17,752 bases of DNA from a candidate division WOR-3 bacterium (GTDB lineage Bacteria; Hydrothermota; UBA3072; B12-G15). Under the pieces are notes generated by a model. That model was not told the DNA's origin, made no database searches, and worked only from the letters and a program-made list of their open reading frames with translations. Shown here piece after piece: positions 1 to 7,260 of the stretch; position 1 is the stretch's first letter, and every line of letters starts with the position of its first letter. The stretch is taken from the NCBI GenBank assembly GCA_965649055.1, contig CBFGJG010000041.1:1-17752 (forward strand), in the 5' to 3' direction. Both the position numbers and the translations under genes were made by a program.

Positions 1-26
1 CTAAAATTGGTTTTTGCAACTCCTTT

Positions 27-62
27 GAGGATTGCCCTCCCCAGGGCAATCCTCTCTTCATT
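27..62 (+). terminator. GC-rich hairpin, probable intrinsic terminator of an upstream transcript
   Basis: Perfect 12-bp stem GAGGATTGCCCT (27-38) / AGGGCAATCCTC (43-54) with a CCCC loop, followed by a weak pyrimidine tail TCTTCATT. Confidence 0.55.
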
Positions 63-136
63 CATTACCCCTATCTTCACTATCTTAACTGTACCACCAT
101 GTGCATGATCTTTTCCATGTTTAAATGAAATTCTTA

Positions 137-166
137 TTGACAAAATCCAAATTTTCTGGTTAATTT
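137..166 (+). promoter_or_regulatory. sigma70-type promoter
   Basis: Consensus TTGACA (137-142), then 17-18 nt to TGgTTAATT/TAATTT. AGGAG RBS lies before the ATG at 183. Confidence 0.6.
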
Positions 167-182
167 TTTAAAAGGAGAAAAA

Positions 183-737
183 ATGGATATAAAAGGAATT
201 GCGGTTGTCTCTACACCAAATTTCGTTAAGGGAAAATTTCCTTCAAGATACGAAGAATGGATTAATTCATTACCTAAAGCATCAAGGGGTATTTTAGAAA
301 GTCAGATTCTTCTGAGTAACTGGTATCCAATAAAAGATGCAATAGTGATTCCAACTAAAAAGATTTGTGAACTTTTCTACAACAACAGTTTAGAAGGTGC
401 AAAAGAAGTTGGAAGATTCAGTGCAGAAGAAGCACTTAAAGGAATTTACAGGGTATTTATTAAGATAGCAACCCCTTCATTCCTTGCATCAAGGGCAACA
501 CAGGTTTTCTCAACATATTACAGACCAATTAAGATAAATGTTGTTAAAACAGAAAGCAACAGTTCTATTATAAGAATAACCCATTTCCCAGAGCCTGACA
601 GGATAACTTTCTTAAGAATATCTGGATGGCTTGAAGGTGCAATTTTAGTTATGGGTTTCAGAAAAGTTCATTCTGAAATAACAAAATCACTTGAAAAAGG
701 TGATGAATACACAGAATTTTTTATAACCTGGAGTTAA
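183..737 (+). CDS. DUF2378/TIGR02265-like protein (H-NOX/V4R-like fold)
   Basis: 184 aa with RBS. N-terminal IKG, 'LLSNWYP', 'EVGRFSAE', 'YY', 'GWLEG' and terminal 'TEFFITW' match the pattern of this family. Confidence 0.6.
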   Translation: MDIKGIAVVSTPNFVKGKFPSRYEEWINSLPKASRGILESQILLSNWYPIKDAIVIPTKKICELFYNNSLEGAKEVGRFSAEEALKGIYRVFIKIATPSFLASRATQVFSTYYRPIKINVVKTESNSSIIRITHFPEPDRITFLRISGWLEGAILVMGFRKVHSEITKSLEKGDEYTEFFITWS

Positions 738-750
738 AAGGAAGGAAAGT

Positions 751-993
751 ATGAAAAAATGTATTATAGTTGGTTTTATCCCGGGAATATTATTAATTAT
801 TGTAGGCCTTTTTATACTTTCTCTATTCTTAATAAAAATTTTATGGTCATGGGTTATACCGGATATATTCCCGGGTGCTGTTGCAAGCGGGCTTGTTGCA
901 GGAGAGATATCATGGTTTGTATCTTTTAAACTTGCAATATTTATATCAATATTAGGTGGATTTATTGGAGGTCTAAGACATAAAAGAGATTAA
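751..993 (+). CDS. small hypothetical membrane protein
   Basis: 80 aa, two hydrophobic segments flanking 'LWSWVIPDIFPGAV', AAGGA RBS. Confidence 0.7.
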   Translation: MKKCIIVGFIPGILLIIVGLFILSLFLIKILWSWVIPDIFPGAVASGLVAGEISWFVSFKLAIFISILGGFIGGLRHKRD

Positions 994-1000
994 TATTTTA

Positions 1001-1028
1001 TTGAAATTTTTCTAAAATTTATTATTAT
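1001..1028 (+). promoter_or_regulatory. possible sigma70 promoter for the 1049-5058 cluster
   Basis: TTGAAA (1001-1006), 16 nt, TATTAT (1023-1028), then GGAGG RBS. The AT-rich background weakens the call. Confidence 0.35.
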
Positions 1029-1048
1029 TTTTCAAAACGGAGGAGATT

Positions 1049-1660
1049 ATGAAAAGGATTTTTTTAAAAAGCCTTTACTACGGCACAATATGGGGAATCT
1101 TAGAGGCAACACTGGGTTATATTTTACATTTAGTTAGTTTTTATACAGGTATTAGAAGTTTTTCCGGTATGATAATGTATCCAATAGGTCTTTTTTTTAT
1201 GTATAAGGCTTTTGTAGATACAAGAAATTACTCTTCAATTTTTTTAACATCCTTTATATGTGCGAGTATAAAACTCTTTAATCTATTCCTACCATTTGTT
1301 CCTTACTATCATACAATCAATCCTGCTGTTGCAATATTACTTGAAGGATTTTCTTCTTATGTTTTTATAAGATACTTTGAAGTTAAAGGTATCATTAAAA
1401 ACATTTTAAGATTTACTGCTTCAAGCATTGTTTGGCGTGTCTTATTTATAATAGTTTTATCTTTAATAAATGAGAATAGAATTAAAAATTACATAAATTT
1501 TGTTTTTTTTGAAAGCATTATAAATGGTGTAATAGCAGGAGTATTTATTGAGAAAATTAAGGCTTCTTATTCACAAAGATTTAGAATAAATCCATTTTTG
1601 CTATATCCAGCAGGTATTTTAACACAGATTTTTGTATCTTTTATAATATGGAAATTTTAA
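1049..1660 (+). CDS. multi-pass membrane protein, ECF S-component-like
   Basis: 203 aa, about 6-7 hydrophobic segments, motifs 'WGILEATLGYILH' and 'NPAVAILLEG', strong GGAGG RBS. The function is inferred. Confidence 0.55.
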   Translation: MKRIFLKSLYYGTIWGILEATLGYILHLVSFYTGIRSFSGMIMYPIGLFFMYKAFVDTRNYSSIFLTSFICASIKLFNLFLPFVPYYHTINPAVAILLEGFSSYVFIRYFEVKGIIKNILRFTASSIVWRVLFIIVLSLINENRIKNYINFVFFESIINGVIAGVFIEKIKASYSQRFRINPFLLYPAGILTQIFVSFIIWKF

Positions 1661-2364
1661 GGGTTTTAATAGAATCTCTAAAAGAAAAAAAGGTTAAAGA
1701 TGTTCTTGTAGGTGCATTCATAACTTATGTTGAAACTGATAGGATAGGGCTTGCTTCAACTGTGAAAACAAGACATTCATGCCCTGAGGATGCAGGAAGA
1801 CTGAAAAAGAAAAAATTAAAAGAACTTGCAAGATTATCACTTTCTGAAAATACTATTGCTTCATCAATAGGTGTTGCAGCGATTAATTCAGGGATAGAGA
1901 TAAATTATAAAAAAATTAAAGAAATCAAGGCACAGGATATAATCTTAAGAAAAGGTGAAGGTAAAAGATTTGGTTTGATAGGTCATTTTCCTTTCATTGA
2001 GGATATCAGGATGAGATTCAAAAAATTGTATGTTTTTGAATTAGAACCACAGAAAGGTGATTATGGTTCTGATAAAATCCCCGAATATCTTCCTTCCTGT
2101 GATATAGTCGGGATAACAGGGATGACATTGATAAACCATACATTTGAAGATGTTATAAAATATGTTGGGAAAAATGCATATGTGATTATGCTTGGTCCAT
2201 CAACGCCTATCTCTGAAATACTTTTTGATTACAGGATTGATGCAGTATGCGGTTCAATAGTTTATGATAAAGAATCTTTTATTTCATATGCAAAAGAGGG
2301 AGCATGTTTTAAGGATATTAAGGGAATAAAATTCGTTTCTATGATGAGGAGTGATTATGATTGA
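1648..2364 (+). CDS. DUF364 (with DUF4213-like N-terminus) Rossmann-like protein
   Basis: Motifs 'SIGVAAINS', 'IGHFPF', 'VFELEP', 'CDIVGITGMTLINHT' and 'MLGPSTP' are typical of DUF364. Confidence 0.88.
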   Translation: MEILRVLIESLKEKKVKDVLVGAFITYVETDRIGLASTVKTRHSCPEDAGRLKKKKLKELARLSLSENTIASSIGVAAINSGIEINYKKIKEIKAQDIILRKGEGKRFGLIGHFPFIEDIRMRFKKLYVFELEPQKGDYGSDKIPEYLPSCDIVGITGMTLINHTFEDVIKYVGKNAYVIMLGPSTPISEILFDYRIDAVCGSIVYDKESFISYAKEGACFKDIKGIKFVSMMRSDYD

Positions 2365-3139
2365 ATTCTATGAGAAGATTCTTCAATTAATGAAGGAAGG
2401 AAAGAGATTTGTTCTTGTAAAGGTGATAGAAAAAATAGGAACTGCCCCTACTGATATTGGTTCTTCTATGATTGTCCTTGAAGATGGTAGTATAATTGGA
2501 ACTATTGGTGGTGGGAATCTTGAATATGAAGGAATAAAAGAAGCAAAAGAAAGAATAAAAACAGGGAAAAGTGGAATTAAAGAATATAAACTTGAAGATA
2601 TAAATATGCTATGTGGTGGGAGTGTAAAAATATTCTTCGAAGTATTTGGTGATATTATAAATGTTTATATATTTGGTCTTGGCCATATTGGTTTCGCATT
2701 ATTGTATCATCTAAAAAAACTGAACTACAACACTAAGATAATTGATACAAGGGATAGCGAATTTAAAGACTATATTAAAGTAAATAATTATTCAGATTTT
2801 ATAAATAATAAAAACATAAAAGAGGATGATTTTATTGTGATAGCGACATACTCCCATGATGAAGATTTTAAGGTTATAAGAGAGATTTACAAAAATGGAA
2901 TAAAGGCAAGATATATAGGTGTTGTGGCATCAAAAAGAAAGATTGGTATCTTTAAAGAAGATTTAAAAAAAGAATTTGGCGATATTGATTTTTATAATCT
3001 TTATTCTCCAGCAGGACTTGATATTGGCGGTAAAACACCCGATGAGATTGCAATCTCTATAATTTCAGAGATGCAGACAATAAGGTATAAGAAAGAAAAA
3101 TTGAGGCATTTAAGGGATGATATACATAATAACGGGTAA
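2357..3139 (+). CDS. xdhC: XdhC/CoxI family molybdenum hydroxylase accessory factor
   Basis: 'GTIGGGNLE', 'MLCGG', 'IFGLGHIG', 'ATYSHDED', 'YIGVVASKRK' and 'PAGLDIGGKTPDEIAISI'. ATG 2357 is preferred over GTG 2351 because AGGAG sits at 2347-2351. Confidence 0.92.
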   Translation: MIEFYEKILQLMKEGKRFVLVKVIEKIGTAPTDIGSSMIVLEDGSIIGTIGGGNLEYEGIKEAKERIKTGKSGIKEYKLEDINMLCGGSVKIFFEVFGDIINVYIFGLGHIGFALLYHLKKLNYNTKIIDTRDSEFKDYIKVNNYSDFINNKNIKEDDFIVIATYSHDEDFKVIREIYKNGIKARYIGVVASKRKIGIFKEDLKKEFGDIDFYNLYSPAGLDIGGKTPDEIAISIISEMQTIRYKKEKLRHLRDDIHNNG

Positions 3140-3797
3140 AAAGAATATTGGAAAGACAAAATATCTTAAAGATATGATTAAGACACTAAGAAAGACAGAT
3201 GGTTTTATAACAATAAAACAATTTGAGAAGAAGAATTTTATAGGTTATAATATTGAAAGGGTTCTTACAGGTGAAAAGGTTCCTTTCATAAGATTTGATA
3301 AAAAAAGCATAAATAAGAACAATATTTATCTTGAATATTCAAATATGATATTTCTTAAAGAAGGATATAATTTTGCAAGGAGGATTTTTTTTGAAGCAAA
3401 AAAACAGGAATATGAAAATTTTATTATGGATGAAATAGGCCCAATTGAGCTTGAAGGTAAACTATTCAGCGAGATGCTTATGGATGCAATAGGTTCTTTC
3501 AAAAACCTTTATATATCAGTAAGAGAAGATATAATAGAAGAAGTTATAAAAAAGTTCAAGATAAAAAATTATGAAAAAATATATATAGAAAGGAGAGAAG
3601 ATGATAGATTTGAGCATAAAGAAAGAAAGCCTTATGAGGACAGTAAAAAGATGCAGGGAGAAGGGAATAATAATACCAACATTCAGGGAGCAGAGGAATC
3701 CAGAATTAATAAAAAAAGAAATAAAAGAAGAGTTAAAGAAAATAGGCTTATGGGAGACCCATCCAAGGAATCTTTTCAGGATAACATGGAAGAATGA
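3117..3797 (+). CDS. THEP1/NTPase_1 (DUF2478-like) P-loop NTPase with an anomalous C-terminal extension
   Basis: Walker A 'ITGKKNIGKT', 'DGFIT', Walker B 'IMDEIGPIELEG'. The recognisable domain ends near 3590 and the rest overlaps the next gene. Confidence 0.8.
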   Translation: MIYIITGKKNIGKTKYLKDMIKTLRKTDGFITIKQFEKKNFIGYNIERVLTGEKVPFIRFDKKSINKNNIYLEYSNMIFLKEGYNFARRIFFEAKKQEYENFIMDEIGPIELEGKLFSEMLMDAIGSFKNLYISVREDIIEEVIKKFKIKNYEKIYIERREDDRFEHKERKPYEDSKKMQGEGNNNTNIQGAEESRINKKRNKRRVKENRLMGDPSKESFQDNMEE

Positions 3798-5058
3798 GAC
3801 TTTAAAAAAGGGTGGATTATTTAAAGATGTAAATTATCTTGAATTGCCTGAAGAATTAACAAATGTAAAAGCAAAGATCATTGCACTTGTTGGTAAATGG
3901 TTTCCTACCGGTGCACATAAAGTTGGTGCAACATTTGGTTGTCTTGTCCCGAGGCTTATTACAGGGCAGTTTGACCCTACAATCCATAAAGCAGTCTGGC
4001 CTTCAACAGGTAATTACTGTAGGGGTGGCGCATATGTATCAAATCTCCTTGGATGCAATTCAATATCAATATTACCCGAAGGTATGAGTAAAGAAAGATT
4101 TGAATTCCTTGAAAGTCTATCATCTGAGATTATAAAAACACCCGGTTCTGAAAGTAATGTTAAAGAGATATTTGATAAATGCAATGAACTGAGAAGGGAA
4201 AGAGACGACATAGTTATTTTCAATCAATTTGATGAATTCGGAAACCACCTCTGGCATTATTCTGTAACAGGGAGTTCAATCGTTGAACTTTTTGAAAAGA
4301 TAAAGGGAAAAAATGATAAAATATTCGGGATAATGAGTTCTTCCGGTTCCTCGGGAACACTTGGATGTGGAGATTTCGTTAAGGATAAATTTCCTGATGC
4401 TAAAATAGCAGTCGGTGAAGCATTACAATGCCCGACATTGCTTCTCAATGGATTCGGTGAACACAGGATTGAGGGGATCGGTGATAAGCATGTTCCATGG
4501 ATACATAATGTTAAGAATACAGATTTGGTTTTGGGTATTGATGATGAAGATACAATAAGGATTTTAAGACTCTTCAATGAAGATGAAGGGAAGAATTACC
4601 TTGCAAAATGTGGTGTTGATAATCAGACAATAAAATCACTTGATTTACTTGGAATATCATCTATTGGGAATCTTATTGGCTCAATAAAGATTGCAAAATA
4701 TTTTAACTTAAAGGAAGAAGATATAATCTTCACTGTCTTTACTGATTCTATGGAACTTTACAGGTCAAGGATAAAAGAATTAAGGGAAGAAAGGGGAAGG
4801 TATAAAAAAGAAGATGCTATAAGGGATTTTGAACTTTTAACGAATATTAAAACAGATTGGACGGTTGAACTTGATTATTACTCAAGGAAGAGGATCCATA
4901 ATTTAAAATATTATACATGGATTGAACAACAAGGAAAGGATGTTAAAGAACTTATAAGACAGTGGGAAGATGAGTCCTACTGGGATGAAATTCACAGGTT
5001 GGATACGAAGATTGATGAATTGATAGATGAATTCAATGAACTTGTGGAAAAGGCTTGA
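3601..5058 (+). CDS. fold-type II PLP-dependent enzyme (cysteine synthase/tryptophan synthase beta superfamily)
   Basis: PLP lysine in 'PTGAHKVG', 'PSTGNY', 'NQF', Gly/Ser loop 'SSGSSGT' and 'HRIEGIG'. AGGAG RBS at 3591-3595. 485 aa. Confidence 0.88.
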   Translation: MIDLSIKKESLMRTVKRCREKGIIIPTFREQRNPELIKKEIKEELKKIGLWETHPRNLFRITWKNETLKKGGLFKDVNYLELPEELTNVKAKIIALVGKWFPTGAHKVGATFGCLVPRLITGQFDPTIHKAVWPSTGNYCRGGAYVSNLLGCNSISILPEGMSKERFEFLESLSSEIIKTPGSESNVKEIFDKCNELRRERDDIVIFNQFDEFGNHLWHYSVTGSSIVELFEKIKGKNDKIFGIMSSSGSSGTLGCGDFVKDKFPDAKIAVGEALQCPTLLLNGFGEHRIEGIGDKHVPWIHNVKNTDLVLGIDDEDTIRILRLFNEDEGKNYLAKCGVDNQTIKSLDLLGISSIGNLIGSIKIAKYFNLKEEDIIFTVFTDSMELYRSRIKELREERGRYKKEDAIRDFELLTNIKTDWTVELDYYSRKRIHNLKYYTWIEQQGKDVKELIRQWEDESYWDEIHRLDTKIDELIDEFNELVEKA

Positions 5059-5103
5059 ATAAAATAATTCTATTTGGATATTATTTTATAAACGGAGGAT
5101 TTT

Positions 5104-6003
5104 ATGAATAAATTAAAAATATTTTATTTTTTAATCTTCAGTTTTGTATTAAGTGGAATACTTGCCTTGTTTTTCTACTTAACAGGTGAGAAATGGGGTA
5201 TTTCAAGATTATCCCAATTTATTGGAATGATCTATATGTATATGCCCTTTCTATCAGTGGTAATTGTTCAGAAGTTAATTTATAAAAGCAGCCTCAAAGA
5301 TTCAATCGGTCTTCATTTTAGATTCAACAGATGGTATTTCTTTGCATGGCTCTTACCTTTTTTAATAAGCATCATCGTATTTATTATAAGCCTTTCCATG
5401 CCTGATGTTAGTTTATCATTAAACCTTGAAGGATTTTTCGAGAGATATAAAGATATGTTTAAAGAGGAACAATTGAATATGATGAGGATGCAGTTTGAAA
5501 GGTTCGGGAATCTTTTATTTCTTTTAACAATTATTCAATCACTTATTGCAGGTATAACAATAAACGCCTTGTTTGCATTCGGTGAAGAATCAGGATGGAG
5601 GGGTTTTCTCCTAAATGAAATGAAAGAAATGGGTTTCTGGAAATCATCAATTATAATAGGTTTTATCTGGGGATTATGGCATTCACCTATAATAGCAATG
5701 GGGCATAATTATCCGCAACATCCGAAGACCGGAATACTGATGATGATTATTTTCTGTATACTTTATTCTCCCATATTCACATACACAAGGATAAAGACAA
5801 AATCGGTTATAGGGCCTTCTATCCTTCACGGAAGTCTTAACGCAACTGCTGGAATTACTATAATGTTTCTTAAAGGTGGAAATGATTTAACTATTGGAAT
5901 AACAGGTATTTCAGGATTCATTGGACTTATAATAATTAATATATTAATTCTTTTGGATAGAAGTTTAAAAAATAAAAAAATTTCAGAATTACTGGGGGTA
6001 TAA
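5104..6003 (+). CDS. CPBP (CAAX/Abi) family intramembrane metalloprotease
   Basis: 'GEESGWRG', 'WGLWH' and 'ILHGSLN' motifs, multiple TM segments, GGAGG RBS. Confidence 0.93.
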   Translation: MNKLKIFYFLIFSFVLSGILALFFYLTGEKWGISRLSQFIGMIYMYMPFLSVVIVQKLIYKSSLKDSIGLHFRFNRWYFFAWLLPFLISIIVFIISLSMPDVSLSLNLEGFFERYKDMFKEEQLNMMRMQFERFGNLLFLLTIIQSLIAGITINALFAFGEESGWRGFLLNEMKEMGFWKSSIIIGFIWGLWHSPIIAMGHNYPQHPKTGILMMIIFCILYSPIFTYTRIKTKSVIGPSILHGSLNATAGITIMFLKGGNDLTIGITGISGFIGLIIINILILLDRSLKNKKISELLGV

Positions 6004-6004
6004 A

Positions 6005-6514
6005 TTGTTTCTAAAAGTTCTCGTTTATATTATTATATTCGCAATACTCCATTTTTCTTATGATTTTACTGGCTGGAGTATCCTGAAGCCTTTTGGTGGT
6101 ATAGATGAGTCGGTATTCCAGCATCTTAAGATGGCATTCTTTTCGTATCTTTTAGCAAGTGTGATTGAGTATACCTATTCAAAGAAAAAATTTAAAGGTT
6201 TTAAGGTTTTTTTTATTCCAAGGTTGTTTGTCTCAATCATCATCCCATGGATTATCTTCCTTATATGGTATCTTATTCCTGCGATATATGGTAAATTTAA
6301 TTCTATTTCAGCAGAACTTATATGGGCAATAGTGGTTACAATTTTATCCGGGATTTTGGGTGTAAAAATAGAAAGAGAGCTTCAGGATAAAGAATTTTCA
6401 AGGTCTTTTACTATAATAATTCTATTGCTTGGAATAATATCCATATTTCTTTATGTAAGCTTTACATATAAATTACCATGGATAGATTTATTCCAGAATC
6501 CTGAGGGAACATGA
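6005..6514 (+). CDS. DUF6512-like membrane protein
   Basis: TTG start after GGGGG. 'LHFSYD' and 'DESVFQHLKM' motifs, about 5 TM segments. Confidence 0.7.
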   Translation: MFLKVLVYIIIFAILHFSYDFTGWSILKPFGGIDESVFQHLKMAFFSYLLASVIEYTYSKKKFKGFKVFFIPRLFVSIIIPWIIFLIWYLIPAIYGKFNSISAELIWAIVVTILSGILGVKIERELQDKEFSRSFTIIILLLGIISIFLYVSFTYKLPWIDLFQNPEGT

Positions 6515-7260
6515 GTTTGAAAAGAGAAGAGATTTTAGGTCTTGTTGGAATAGTGCCAAGAAAAAATTTATGGGATATAATACTAAATGAAAAATGGTAT
6601 CACATACCTGTAAAATCAGCACCCAAGAATGTTCTTGATGCTAAATTTGTTGGTTTCTATTTCCCCAAAATATTCGGCGAGGAAATGAGATATAAAGTTA
6701 TATATTATGCGCCCATTAAAAATATAGAAATAAAAAAGAGGATAGAACTTTTTCCTGAAGAAGTAAACCATCCAAGAAGTAACTTTGATTATTATAAGAT
6801 AAATCTTGGAGAATTAATCAGGTTAAATAATCCAATAATTAGTAAAAGGTTTAGAAGGATAGTTCATATTCCGACCACACTTCAAAAATTATTAAATGCC
6901 GAAGAGATAAATGATTTATTCCATACTTCACATATTGAAGATAAGGTTTATACAGGATTAAAAAGAATAAATTTAAACCCTGAAAGACAATTCCCAATAA
7001 GAATAAAGAATCAATGGTATATTCTTGATTTCTGTATTTTTTGTAATAAAGGTAACATAGACATAGAATGCGATGGTGAAAGATATCACACATTACCCAA
7101 TGCTTTAACATATGATAGATTAAGGAATAATAACCTTACAAGTTATGGATGGCATGTTTTGAGATTTTTTTCAAGGGAAATAAATAGAGATTTGAACAAT
7201 TGTATTGGAATAGTTTATAAAACAATAAACTCACTGGGAGGAGAGAAATTAATCATTTAA
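6511..7260 (+). CDS. DUF559/Vsr-like PD-(D/E)XK endonuclease with N-terminal PUA/EVE-like domain
   Basis: C-terminal 'ERQF..YILDF..IDIECDGERYH..DRLRNNNLTSYGWHVLRF' fits DUF559. The N-terminal ~130 aa contain 'WDII..WYHIP..VGFY..VIYYA'. Confidence 0.8.
   Translation: MSLKREEILGLVGIVPRKNLWDIILNEKWYHIPVKSAPKNVLDAKFVGFYFPKIFGEEMRYKVIYYAPIKNIEIKKRIELFPEEVNHPRSNFDYYKINLGELIRLNNPIISKRFRRIVHIPTTLQKLLNAEEINDLFHTSHIEDKVYTGLKRINLNPERQFPIRIKNQWYILDFCIFCNKGNIDIECDGERYHTLPNALTYDRLRNNNLTSYGWHVLRFFSREINRDLNNCIGIVYKTINSLGGEKLII

Noticed and set aside
1..143. Minus-strand open frame (..HGKDHAHGGTVKIVKIGVMNEE..) and a T-box-like GGTGGTAC
   Set aside because: No convincing RBS or recognisable family, and the frame runs through the hairpin. 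The motif is TGGTACA rather than the T-box TGGNACC, and no stem I is visible.
3881..4577. Alternative-frame ORFs 3881..4087, 4014..4223 and 4257..4577
   Set aside because: Shadows inside the well-supported PLP enzyme gene, with no motifs.
5104..6003. CPBP 'Abi' protein as an abortive-infection defence gene
   Set aside because: The family name is historical. The motifs indicate an ordinary intramembrane protease and nothing in the sequence supports a defence role.
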